Source: an uncultured Acidobacteriota bacterium (lineage in GTDB: Bacteria > Acidobacteriota > UBA6911). Taken from it: a DNA stretch of 64,000 nt. The DNA is taken from the NCBI GenBank assembly GCA_963809485.1, contig CAWEJX010000008.1, positions 576,001 through 640,000 on the forward strand. Reading direction: 5' to 3'. Position numbers and translations under genes: made by a program. Shown in pieces: positions 9,693 to 20,076 of the stretch. How positions within the stretch are numbered: the stretch's first letter is position 1; every line of letters begins with the position of its first letter. Under the pieces are notes generated by a model that searched no databases, had not been told where the DNA came from, and saw only the letters and a list, made by a program, of their open reading frames with translations.

Positions 9693-11453
9693 ATGCTGCG
9701 AGCAATTCTAGCCAGGGGATTGTTCTATTGGCTGCGCGCCCCCAGGAATTATGCCGATTTAAGGCATGACGAATGGGCGCTCGCAAGAGCCAGAATTGTG
9801 CTCAGCGCAGCCTGCCTGGGCGCCGTATTGTGGGTGGCAAAAACCCGCAATCTCGAGCTCAACTGGAAACTGCCACTAGCATACCTCATATATAGCCTGC
9901 TTGTTCTGCTTGCGCTCCGTTTCTATCCTCGATGGAATCCTAAGTATCACATTGCGGTTCACTGCGCAGATATATTCTGGGCAGCTCAATTGACGATCCT
10001 GACCGGATGGCCTTCCATATTTTTCGCCCTTATGATTTTTGTGATGGCCAGCAGCGGTGCCCGCTGGGGTTTATGGGAAGCTTTGCTGACTGCATTTTTG
10101 CTATGGTCTGCAGTGTTTTTGATGCAATTCATATACGATCCGGTTGTCTCGAATTTCATCGAGTTAATAGCCAACCTTGAATTCTTCCCCGCAGGATTTC
10201 TCAGTCTGGCGCTGGTTCTCGCATATGGCTTTTTGGGCGAGACCAGGGCTGCCCGATCCGAAAGCAACTCTATTGCACGAATTATCCAGGGAATTCGCCT
10301 CGAAAGTGGATTTGAAAAAGCATTTCATAAAATATCTTTGGATAGCATACCGCTCTTCGGCGCTGTCCAAATTCTGGCTGCATTCGACGACAGTAACTCC
10401 GGCGAATGCGTGATATATAAGGCCATTGGCCCTCAGGCATTTGTCGAATCCGAAAGTATACCCGCCTCACGGCATGAGCAATACTTTTTCCACGCCCCCG
10501 CTCCCATCTGGAGCATGGGGCTTTCCCGCATGGCCCAGCGACCGCATTTCCGATGTCTCAAATTGGAGGCCGGCAAAGTAACCAGGGATAAATCCGGCTT
10601 TAGAGTGCCTGACACCTTTGTAGCAGCCCATCCCTTCCGAGCGCTGTTGGTGGTTTCCGCCTCTTTGAAGGATGGACGGTCGGCTCGCATTTTTATTGTG
10701 GATCCATTGACGTATTTCGGCAGCGCAGCCGCTCTCCGATTTCTGGAAGGCGCTGTTCGACAATTGGCGCCGACTATTGGCGATTTGTTTGCATTGGATC
10801 GAATAAGAACCAGGGCTGAAATTGAGGCCGTCGGCCGGATGGCCCGCGAAATCCACGATGGGGCGATTCAGTCGCTCGCTGCAATCAATTTGCAGCTGCA
10901 AATGCTGCGTCAGCAGATAGCATCCGTCAATTCGGAGGAGGCTGAATCCCTTGCTGTCATCCAGGAAAATATCCGGGCAGAGATTGCATCCCTTCGGGAG
11001 TTAACCCAGCAGATGCGATCGCTGGAAATTAATGCCGGCCAATTGCCAGGCTTTTTAGCCAACCTGGCTGCCAAATTCCAATTCGAGCATGGAATTGTCA
11101 CAAAGTTTGTGGCGGAAGTGGATGAAATCCGGCTGAGGCCGGAAGTCTGCACCGAATTGGCGCGAATTGCACAGGAAGCGCTGGTCAACATAAGGAAGCA
11201 CTCAAAGGCTAGTGAAGTCTATCTGCGGCTCAGCCGTGTTAACGGGAATTACGTGCTCGGCATCTTCGACAACGGGACTGGATTCGGATTTTCCGGAAGA
11301 TACTCGCATAAGGACCTGCAGATTTCGGGCAAAGGGCCGGCCGTCATCATGGAACGCGCACAAAGGATCCGTGCCGAGGTTACCATCGAATCGGTTCAGG
11401 GCATCGGTTCATCCCTTGAAGTAACCCTTCCCGATGGATCCTCAGAGGGCTGA
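9693..11453 (+). CDS. Membrane sensor histidine kinase (HisKA_3, NarX/UhpB type)
   Basis: N-terminal TMs; RMAREIHDGAIQSL, QEALVNIRKHS, DNGTGFG. Confidence 0.92.
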   Translation: MLRAILARGLFYWLRAPRNYADLRHDEWALARARIVLSAACLGAVLWVAKTRNLELNWKLPLAYLIYSLLVLLALRFYPRWNPKYHIAVHCADIFWAAQLTILTGWPSIFFALMIFVMASSGARWGLWEALLTAFLLWSAVFLMQFIYDPVVSNFIELIANLEFFPAGFLSLALVLAYGFLGETRAARSESNSIARIIQGIRLESGFEKAFHKISLDSIPLFGAVQILAAFDDSNSGECVIYKAIGPQAFVESESIPASRHEQYFFHAPAPIWSMGLSRMAQRPHFRCLKLEAGKVTRDKSGFRVPDTFVAAHPFRALLVVSASLKDGRSARIFIVDPLTYFGSAAALRFLEGAVRQLAPTIGDLFALDRIRTRAEIEAVGRMAREIHDGAIQSLAAINLQLQMLRQQIASVNSEEAESLAVIQENIRAEIASLRELTQQMRSLEINAGQLPGFLANLAAKFQFEHGIVTKFVAEVDEIRLRPEVCTELARIAQEALVNIRKHSKASEVYLRLSRVNGNYVLGIFDNGTGFGFSGRYSHKDLQISGKGPAVIMERAQRIRAEVTIESVQGIGSSLEVTLPDGSSEG

Positions 11454-11469
11454 GGTCCCGGCCATGCTC

Positions 11470-11660
11470 TGCTCATGGGTGGCAAAATACACAGTCGCGA
11501 CCTTCTCCAAATTAAGGCAGTCGATGACGTGTTCGCGGAGATTCCGCCACCAACGCTCAATCTTGTCTCTCGTCGGCCCGTCGCCGGGACGGCTGTGCAC
11601 AATGTGGATGTCGAGTTTGGCAAATAGGACCCGCAGATCATGGCTGCTGAAACTTTTATG
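11470..11660 (-). pseudogene. DDE integrase/transposase core fragment
   Basis: Manual translation FSSHDLRVLFAKLDIHIVHSRPGDGPTRDKIERWWRNLREH resembles the H-S-x-P...K-I-E-R motif of rve-type transposases. Confidence 0.7.
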
Positions 11661-11700
11661 ATTATCCAGCAGCAGCCTGCGTGGTTATCAGCAGGACCCG

Positions 11701-12680
11701 ATTATGTGAAGGAGAGCAGTCGGAACCCGCGATAACGCCGCAAAGTTTTTGGCTTTTCCTTCACATAATCTTGCCGGATTTACAGCGATTCGAGCCAAGC
11801 TAGCAACTCAGCATCCCGTTTCCATCGGGGAGGTTTTGCCGGGCGCATTGCTGTATCGAGTTGATCAAGGGCTTTGCGCTTTGTTTCCAGATTGGCCTGA
11901 GCATAGATATTTGTTGTGTCCAGGTGCGCATGCCCGAGCCAACTGCTGATCACTGTGATGTCAACGCCCGCAGCCAATAGGTGGACGGCAGCGGCATGGC
12001 GCAAATTATGCGTGGGCCGATACGGCCGGCAACGGGCTTGAGCCCAGCCCGGCGAAGCACCTTGACGAGAAGTACTGCTAAAGGCCCTTGTGAGTAACCG
12101 CGGCGTCCCCTTTCGTGCCAAAAGAGAGAAGCATCCGAATGGTCTGGGGCACCGGAACAGCTGCGAGCGTCGAGGTATTCACGCAAAACCGCTATGACAC
12201 TGGGTTGGAGTGGCAAGCGGCGGTATTTGAAGAACTTCGTCTCGCGGATGTCGATTGTTTCCTCTCGGAGATCGACATCGCCGACGGTCAAACGAACAAT
12301 CTCGCCAAATCTCAAGCCCACACAATAGGCAAGAACCACCACGGTGTAGAGGGTGAGAGGCCGTAATGGGGCATGTGGTGACGGAAAACGGCGGGCCGTG
12401 ACCATCACCCGTTTTAGAATGGCGCACTCGTATGCATTCGCCTCGCCAATCCAAGTCATCCAGGCTTAAAGCGACTAATTCCCCCGCGCGCAATCCGTAC
12501 GTGGACAAGACCATCAGAATCGCATAGTCGCGTCGGCCAAGAGGAGTGTGGTCCTTTTTAGCAGTTTCCAGGATCGCCGTCACCTCCCAGCTCTGAAAAG
12601 CTGACGGAATGCCCTCGAACGCATACAACGACGGGCTTTTGACAGCATGGGAGAGGTCATGTTTCATCAGCCCTTCTCTG
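11701..12680 (-). mobile_element. Collapsed RIT (recombinase-in-trio) element remnant with pieces of three tyrosine recombinases
   Basis: GRRDYAIL..YGLRAGE (RitA-like), CVGLRFGEI..RETKFFK (RitB-like), HNLRH..WLGH..TTNIYA..LLAWLESL (RitC-like); inverted repeat attatgtgaagg/ccttcacataat at 11701-11769. Confidence 0.75.
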
Positions 12681-12939
12681 TGGGGAAGGCACGGCACATT
12701 GGGATGGAGGAATCCGCCGGAGATCCTCCTTGCAGAAAGTGCCGTAAAGGCCTGGCTTTTTTGCGAATGTGGATCCGCTCGCACAGAGTGGCCCAAACTG
12801 CCTTAAAGCATGAGATTGCGGGGCGAATGGTAAGTCCTGCTTCGGCAAACAGACGTTCGATATGAATCCTTGCTCGGTATGGTCGACTGCGCTGTGACAC
12901 CGAGTCGGAAGCCCAGCCACCGTCACAAGGTGGCGATAT

Positions 12940-13260
12940 CGACAGCTGCCTGCCCATCGGCGGAGGTTTTACCATTCAGGGCTTCCAGAATCGCGGCCAA
13001 AAGGCATGCCGATCTCATTGGCCGATTCCTGCAAAATGCAGTGCCGGTACAAAGCCTCAATAATCACTTCGGCCGCATACCAGCGCCAGGGGTGAAGCCA
13101 ATCCGGAAGCAGACTCATCGTGTGTCCGCAACCCAGGCAGAGGAATCGCCGTACCCAAATGACAATCCAGCCGGTTTCTGCCAGGCCGCAAACCTGCCGG
13201 CTGTAAATTCCATGCCCGACAATCTGTAGCCCACCTACGGCATTCCAAGAGGCTTGCCCG
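12940..13260 (-). pseudogene. DUF6431-like CxxC protein fragment (transposon-associated)
   Basis: Manual translation GHGIYSRQV...WVRRFLCLGCGHTMSLLPDWLHPWRWY with a downstream in-frame stop. Confidence 0.6.
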
Positions 13261-13608
13261 CAGCAGACACAAAATCAGGAGCGCAGGGTTTCCAAAGAGG
13301 GGGATTCTATATCTCGTGCGCACAGTTGCTCGACACATTTTGCCAGGCTGTGTAGAATGACCAATGTTGTATGGGCGGCGGTAGTCGGCACGCAATCCGC
13401 TCAAGAAAGCTGCCGGCCACTGTTTGCCTCCTTTCCTACAGTCGATCATCCTAATCAATTGTTTTGGAAATCCAAAGTGCTTGCCGATTGATACAGCACG
13501 ATCAGGCAGGATTCTGCAGAGAAAATTGCGGGATTTCCCACGGGTCAGGAAGCCGCGCAACCATCCGATCCCCATGAACTAATTCGCTGCGCAACAGCGG
13601 AAGTAATG

Positions 13609-13684
13609 GTCGCGGTAGGAACCGCCCTTGCGAGCGGCCCCCCCGCACAGATTCGTACGGGCGCGGCTAGCGTATACGGCTCTT
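13609..13684 (-). ncRNA. Group II intron domains V-VI and 3' end
   Basis: Reverse complement GAGCCGTATACGCTAGCCGCGCCCGTACGAATCTGTGCGGGGGG..CCGCTCGCAAGGGCGGTTCCTACCGCGAC directly after the maturase frame. Confidence 0.9.
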
Positions 13685-14345
13685 ACCTTGGTTAAAGACG
13701 GCGAAGCACTGTTCAGGCCAAGGGTGAAGAATACAGGCGGGAGGCAGCCAAGCTTCTGCGAGTTCCTTCATACGATCCCATGTGAGACGGCTCTTCTGGC
13801 TGAGACGGCGCAGGGTCTTGTACCACAGCCGCGTGCATTGAATTCGGAAGGAACCCAGTGCGGCCCAGTTGCCCGTGATGGCATGGTAGGCAAAATACCC
13901 CCGGATCACCGAAATGAGCCAGTCACGCTGCTCGACAATGGGTTGATGCATCCGCTCGCGAAGTTCCGCTTTCACCGCATGCAGCTTTGCGGTTAGGCGC
14001 TTCTTCTGTGTAATGCGACCGACCATAAATTTTCCCTTGAGATTCACACCACAATCAATGTGTGAACCCAAGAAAGTTAAAGGTTTCGGGTTTGCTCCTT
14101 TCGTCGAAGCGATTACAATCCCGGCGCGCAAATCGGCCGAAACGGATCAATCGAGTCTTCTCGGGATGGAACTCCAGCGAAAACTTTTGCAGTCTGTCTC
14201 GCAGAGCCTCCTTGAATCGTGATGCCTCATCCTCGTATTGAAAGCCCATAACAAAATCATCGGCCCAGCGAACGATGGTCACATCGCCTCGTGCATGGCG
14301 TCGCCTCCACTGCTGCACCCAAAGGTCGCGCACATATCTTCCAAA
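13667..14345 (-). pseudogene. ltrA: Group II intron RT/maturase, 5'-truncated and frameshifted
   Basis: IVRWADDFVMGF, HPEKTRLIRFGRFA, TFNFLGFTH, then X domain RGYFAYHAI...ILHPWP in another frame. Confidence 0.9.
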
Positions 14346-14447
14346 GTGTCTCAAAAGGTCTGATATTCCTGCAGCGCAAGGCAGAAGCAAGGCTGCCCTT
14401 ATCTCTTTTGGAGGGCATGTTTAGTTCCGTGTTGGTTTGCAGTGTGT

Positions 14448-15095
14448 TCATCCAATCTTCCCGATACTGCCAGGATCCAGATCGATCATGTATTCGTTCA
14501 TCTCCCGTCCTCCGAGTATTGTATAGTGCTGCACCAGAGAGAATCCCAACTCCAGGTAGAACTGGTTAATGGTATCATTACCATCGCGGTCAGTGGTCAG
14601 ATTGACCCGTCGCACATTACTGGCAGCCACCTTGTGAAGGAAAGCTTTTACCAATTTTTTCCCAATACCCTTCCCCTGAGCTTGCGGGTGGACGGCGATA
14701 GACAACAGGGTGGCACATCCCGCATGCACGTCCTTTTCTGCGCCGCGTGAGAAGGCACGCAGCAAGCGCGGGATGCGTCCCGGCTGGCGCAAGGAGGGCA
14801 TGAGGGCCGCCCATGCGAAACGCCACCATCGATTTATCAACAGACGCCGGTAAAAGCCCTCAGGATCGGTGGTCCCGGCAATGGCCCCCATCACCCGATC
14901 ATTCGTCACATACACCAAGGCGATGCCGCTTTTATCCTGCAGGATCCCTTGATATAACTCGCATAGAAAACGATACCCCAAATAAGTCAGGAAAAAACCG
15001 GTGAAGGCTTCCAGGTGAATGGCGGACACCTGGCACACATCCGCATCAACCATGGGGCGCAGATCACCTTCCATGGGCCACTCCGGTATGCTCAA
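14448..15095 (-). CDS. GNAT N-acetyltransferase
   Basis: LLSIAVHPQAQGKGIGKKL, NQFYLELGF. Confidence 0.88.
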   Translation of the reverse strand: MSIPEWPMEGDLRPMVDADVCQVSAIHLEAFTGFFLTYLGYRFLCELYQGILQDKSGIALVYVTNDRVMGAIAGTTDPEGFYRRLLINRWWRFAWAALMPSLRQPGRIPRLLRAFSRGAEKDVHAGCATLLSIAVHPQAQGKGIGKKLVKAFLHKVAASNVRRVNLTTDRDGNDTINQFYLELGFSLVQHYTILGGREMNEYMIDLDPGSIGKIG

Positions 15096-16311
15096 GCAGT
15101 TGCATTATGCGCGGTAAATTCACTCGGCTGGTTTGCAGTTGGAGGGTATATTGCCTGCCTGCATTGCCACGCGACCTCAACTCCTCCCGGCTGAGGCTGG
15201 CAATACACCGCAGTTCGCGCAGCAAAGCCGCCGGATCATCCGGTGTGATGACCCAGCCGCAGCCTGAATCAGTGATGATCCGCGCCAGGTCCGAACCGGG
15301 TTGCGCCAAGGCAAGCACCGCGCGTCCCGATAGCATGTATGCCAGCAGCTTTGATGGCAGCGAGACCAGTGACTGCCTGCCGCGGGTGGGCAGCAGGAGC
15401 AGGTCCGCCGCCAGGAGCACCTGGCTGGTTTCTACATCCAGCCAGGGAGTGTGGAAACACACTCGGTTAGCGCAGGCTTCCGCCTGGCAACAAAGCGCTT
15501 CCAGACTGCTCCCGGACCCGGCGATCAACAGGCGCAAGGGTTCGCTGGAGGGGACATCCTTCCAGGCTTGCACCAGGGTCTCAACACCGGCAGCCATACC
15601 CACGTTCCCCGCATACACTGCCAGAAAATCTCCAGCATTGATCCCATGCTGCCGGCGGATGGCGGTACCATTGGCATTTACATCCACTTTCTGCTCATCG
15701 ATCCAGTTGGGGATGACATGAACATTCCAGGCCGGGATGCCGCGCTCTTCCACATACGCCCGGCGGAAGGAATCCGAGATCACCACCAAGGCGACAGCGC
15801 GGCGGGCATTGTGTCTGTCTATTGCACGTATCAATCGGAAGGGCCAGGATGCGCCCGCCTTTATTCGTCCCTGCGAGACGAGCGACTCAGGGTACAGGTC
15901 CTGGACGCTCAATACCAGCGGGATGCCGCGCAGGCGGCAGATCTCCGCCAGCATGCCCTGGGCGAAGAGTGGCCAGGTGTTGGCATAGATTACATCCGGT
16001 CTGTGGATGAAGAGCACTACCAGAGCGGAGAAGAAGCCGAAGGAGAGATTCTCGAGCAGTCGGGTGAGGAGGCTCGATTCACGTGACAGGATGTTGAAGC
16101 AGCGCAGCAGGGGAATGCCCTCCAGCACATCCCTGCGGTACAAGCCCCGGTGCGTGCTTAGATACAGCCTGCCCGCAGGACGGTTGGGGAAATTGGTTAT
16201 CACGCGCACTGCATGTCCCTGCGCCGCGCAAGCCCGGGCAATCTCTGCGCTGGTGGAGGCGGAGACGATCGGCTCCGGCGGGAAGACACAGGAGACGATG
16301 GTGATCTTCAT
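15064..16311 (-). CDS. Glycosyltransferase family 4 (WbuB/WcaI-like)
   Basis: FPPEP, VQDLYPE, IPNWID, YAGNVG, PSKLLAYMLSG. Confidence 0.9.
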   Translation of the reverse strand: MKITIVSCVFPPEPIVSASTSAEIARACAAQGHAVRVITNFPNRPAGRLYLSTHRGLYRRDVLEGIPLLRCFNILSRESSLLTRLLENLSFGFFSALVVLFIHRPDVIYANTWPLFAQGMLAEICRLRGIPLVLSVQDLYPESLVSQGRIKAGASWPFRLIRAIDRHNARRAVALVVISDSFRRAYVEERGIPAWNVHVIPNWIDEQKVDVNANGTAIRRQHGINAGDFLAVYAGNVGMAAGVETLVQAWKDVPSSEPLRLLIAGSGSSLEALCCQAEACANRVCFHTPWLDVETSQVLLAADLLLLPTRGRQSLVSLPSKLLAYMLSGRAVLALAQPGSDLARIITDSGCGWVITPDDPAALLRELRCIASLSREELRSRGNAGRQYTLQLQTSRVNLPRIMQLLEHTGVAHGR

Positions 16312-17546
16312 ACATGCACCAGGCTTGTATACAGGTCATAGAGCCTTTTGACCCGCAACTGGATATCAAATCGCTCATTGGCTGTGTTGCTCGCCCGGGC
16401 AGCCATCTCCCTGCGTAGGGCGGCGTTGTTGATCAGTGAGCTCAACGCCTTCGCCAGGCGCGGCGCATCACCCCAGGGCACCAGCAGTCCATTCTGCCCA
16501 TCATCCACAATGTCGGAGATGCCGCCCACGCGCGTGGCGATCAATGGGAGTCCCGATACCAGCGCCTCGATGACCGAGATCGGCATGCCTTCGGAGTGGG
16601 AGGGCAAGAGATAGATATCCGCATCATAAAGGCGCCGCAACTTGGCTTTAGCGAACTCAGGCGGATTGATGTACGCCTTGGCATCCAGACCATGGGCATG
16701 CACCTGTTCCACCAATCGCTGGCGGTCGCCGGGATGAATCTCCTCGCCCAGGATATTGACTCGATAAGGATGGCGAATGTCATTTTCGGCTATACGCAAC
16801 GCACCGGCGAGATCATAGCTGCCTTTTTCCTGACCATTATGACCCAGGTAAAGCAGCTTCATTTCCTCCCGCCCCGCAAAACGATCCAGGGGCATGGATA
16901 GGAACGGCGTCAGGTCAATACCGTCCGGGATATACACCACCCTGCCGGGCGGCAGCATCCCCTCTAGCGGCATCCATTCACGAGAGATGACGATCACTCG
17001 CTGACATTGGCGCAGGATGAACAGCACATAGCGCTGCCACCTGCCCGCCTCCACCAGCAACGCCCGGTAGCCGCAGTGTAGCATAATGACTACCTTGCGT
17101 CGCCACAGGCGGCTGAGCAGCACCATCAGGCTGTGCTTCATGAACGAGCCCGCATGCGCGCTGCCGATGTTCACCACGTCTGGCAGGTTCCGCAGGAGGG
17201 CCCACTTGAATTGCAGCATCATCGTCAGCGCCGAAATGATGTTTTCCAGGCTCCAGTACCCCGCCCGCGTGAAAGGGCGCCAAGCGGAGGTCTCCACGAA
17301 ACGCCGGTCCACCATCTCCCGCAGGCTGGAACGGGGCAGGTTCTCGGAATTCGTGGAGACGCCTCCCAAGGATTTCCCCGTATGGGCGGCGATCAACACT
17401 TTCAGCTTGCGCGTACGGGTCATTGTCACATCATTGTCATAGTCCATAAGGAAGAAAAAAAAGTTGACCAACCGCCCGGCATGGGCGAGGAGATCAAATC
17501 GCTGTATTGCCTGTTCCCTGCCGCGCCTTCCAAAGGCGGCAGCCAC
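16308..17546 (-). CDS. Glycosyltransferase family 4
   Basis: LLPSHSEGMPISVIEALVSGLPLIATRVGGISDIV; the true start is probably downstream of the ORF-track start. Confidence 0.88.
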   Translation of the reverse strand: MAAAFGRRGREQAIQRFDLLAHAGRLVNFFFFLMDYDNDVTMTRTRKLKVLIAAHTGKSLGGVSTNSENLPRSSLREMVDRRFVETSAWRPFTRAGYWSLENIISALTMMLQFKWALLRNLPDVVNIGSAHAGSFMKHSLMVLLSRLWRRKVVIMLHCGYRALLVEAGRWQRYVLFILRQCQRVIVISREWMPLEGMLPPGRVVYIPDGIDLTPFLSMPLDRFAGREEMKLLYLGHNGQEKGSYDLAGALRIAENDIRHPYRVNILGEEIHPGDRQRLVEQVHAHGLDAKAYINPPEFAKAKLRRLYDADIYLLPSHSEGMPISVIEALVSGLPLIATRVGGISDIVDDGQNGLLVPWGDAPRLAKALSSLINNAALRREMAARASNTANERFDIQLRVKRLYDLYTSLVHV

Positions 17547-18829
17547 CTGCGGATTATCCTTTACTAGGCGGATCTTTCCGGCAATGCTGGCAGTATCTGA
17601 TCAGCGACAGTTATTTTTTTCGAACCCATAAAAATGGCTGACGCTAGACAAGGATCACCAAAAGCAGCGATTAAGGCCTGCCTCCCGCAGTATAGCAAGA
17701 CTATTTCGACTAAACGACCCTCACCTGGAAGGTGAGGGGTTTGTAAAATGTCGGCTTGAAGCCGACTGAAGCACCAGCGGCCAAAGGCAACAATCATTTT
17801 GCGATTCCAAAATTGCTCAATCAGTAGTCTCGATAATCAAAAGCTTTGCTCGTCGACATTCGTCGACTTCGCAATCCTTTTCTTCGCCTGAAGGCGAGGG
17901 ATTTCAACCATCCCCGATGGGGACCACTAATAGGATACCCTTTAATCAAGCATCCGGTTGAAAAAAGGGGATCTCTGCAAAATTCCAGGTTTCTTGCATC
18001 GATCTGACCCATATGGTAGTAAAATTGCCGCCTGAGAATCAAGAATAGTTTATGTAAAACCACTGCTGTCCCAACGTTTGCGAGGGCGGAAGTCGGGCTA
18101 AGCTGATCGGTTAGCCGGAAGGGCGATCACTTCTTTGTTACGTTCACAACGACGTCGTCACTCGCCGAGAACTAGCCGTCGGAGGCCGTCAATCGACGAG
18201 TATAGATCCCGGTCTCTGAAAACTTTGCCGTAATAGAGAGAAGGCGCGCATTGCCAAAAGTGGCGCATCCCGGGCCACTGACCTTGCGACCGTTTCCCCG
18301 CCTTGAATTCGTACAGGCGGTGAAATAACACCGCTCCGACTACGCTTCCAAAGGATTTACGAGCTGGGGCCAGTTTGTCGCCATGCTCTTCCGTCAGTTT
18401 GGCCGGGCTCACAGCCTGCGGGAGATCTGCGGAGGACTGCCCAGTTCCGAGAGCAAGCCTAAGCACTTGGGCGTTCCCGTTTCCCCGAAACGCTCCACTC
18501 TCGCATATGCCAATGCCAACGGTCCCTGGTCGCTCTACCAGACCGTGTTTGAGCAACTCCTGGCAAAATGTCAGCTGAGTGTGGCAGGCCGCCGCACAGG
18601 AAAAAAGCTCCGGTTCAGGAACAAGCTTGTGAGTCTGGATTCCAGCGTCATCAATCTGTCCCTTTCCTTGTTCGACTGGGCTCAGTTCCGAAGGACCAAG
18701 GGCGCCGTCAAGCTCCACCTACTCCTGCTCCTGGACCATGATTGCTACCTGCCTTTGTTCGCCGTGGTTACCAACGGAAAGACCAGTGATATCAAGGCGG
18801 CTCGGAGGCTCGGATTTGAACGAGGCACA

Positions 18830-19711
18830 ACTAATGTAGCCTTCATGATGATCCTGAATCAAGACTGTCCAGTCTTCCTGTCGAGGCCTTTTCGAGCGTA
18901 CTGCCCGTTTACGGCCATCTTCGATGCGTATCGTTGTTTTGCTCTGGCCATAGGCATACACACCCGCGTACAGGGGATTTCTCAACAGGCTCAGAAGGCT
19001 ATGGTAGCGTGGTGGCTTCCACACGATCGGCAGCGGACTTCCGGCGCTGGCAATGACTGGCACTTTTATTTGCTGATTACAGAGCCAGAAATACAACTGT
19101 CGCACGCTGCCTAACTCGGTAAACTTTCGAAAGAGAATCTCAATCGAGGCACGGATGCGTTCATCGGGATCCTTCTCAACCCGGTCATCGGAGGTCCGTA
19201 CATAGCTGATGGGCACTCGTCGAAACAATTCGCCTCGCATGGCCTTTTGCGCGAGAGCAGCGTGCGCCCTCTGGCGGAAGGTTGCAAGTTCCATCTCGCT
19301 GATGGTGCCCTTCATTCCCAACAAAAGTCTGTCGTTGATTTCTGCGGGATCGTAGACGCCGTCGGCGTCGATCAACAGCGCGCCAACAACGCTGCAGAAC
19401 TCCAACAGCGTGTGCCAATCGCGGCCATTGCGCGCCAAACGTGAAGCTTCTATGCTAAATACCGCGCCGACCACTCCCTCGCAAAGAGCTCGTAGTAAAC
19501 GCTCGAAACCCGGACGGCGCGTGCCTGAGCCCGAGATTCCCAAGTCGTCGTCAATGACCGTGATGTCCTTCCAACCCAGTACCCGGGCATGCTCGGCCAA
19601 GGCATATTGACGGCGCTGGCTTTCCAGGTTGTTCTGAACTTGATCCGCTGTGGACTGGCGAATATATATGCAAGCCATACGGGACAGATGCTCAGCGCTG
19701 ATCTTTGTCAT
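18830..19711 (-). pseudogene. Large serine recombinase, C-terminally truncated
   Basis: YIRQSTADQV..ESQRRQY, DDDLGISGSG..RPGF, EASRLARN, NDRLLLGMKG; breaks at HHEGYIS where IS4 sequence resumes. Confidence 0.88.
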
Positions 19712-20076
19712 TTTTCGCCTCCGCATCGATGGTTTTCGCCAGAGCCTGCATCCACTCTGTCAGCAGGAACATTACCGCGCGTTTTTCCTCCTCCTGGAGC
19801 GAGGGGAGAGGAATCCGGACGCACTCTTCGAATAACGTCCTTTGTTGTCTCGCTCGTCGCGTCATCATGGCCTCCTTCATTCGTACTGGAATGCATGGAG
19901 GATAATGCGTTCGTCGTCAAACGGCGAAGCTCAAGCAAGGCGACAATGGATAAATGCACTTCATCGACGATCTTGACATCAGCCAATGTAAGCTCAGTCA
20001 TCCAGGCCGGAAATGAGAGCGTTGTTCCGTCTGATTGCCGTACCACATAAGATGGTTCCTCATGAACCATGTGCAA
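19708..20076 (-). CDS. Small accessory ORF(s) upstream of the serine recombinase (Y4bD/DUF5372-like)
   Basis: DGTTLSFPAWMTE motif; position is typical for this recombinase module. Confidence 0.5.
   Translation of the reverse strand: MHMVHEEPSYVVRQSDGTTLSFPAWMTELTLADVKIVDEVHLSIVALLELRRLTTNALSSMHSSTNEGGHDDATSETTKDVIRRVRPDSSPLAPGGGKTRGNVPADRVDAGSGENHRCGGEK

Noticed and set aside
13667-14390. Retron or DGR reverse transcriptase
   Set aside because: The X domain and adjacent DV/DVI identify a group II intron; no TR/VR pair or msr-msd was seen.
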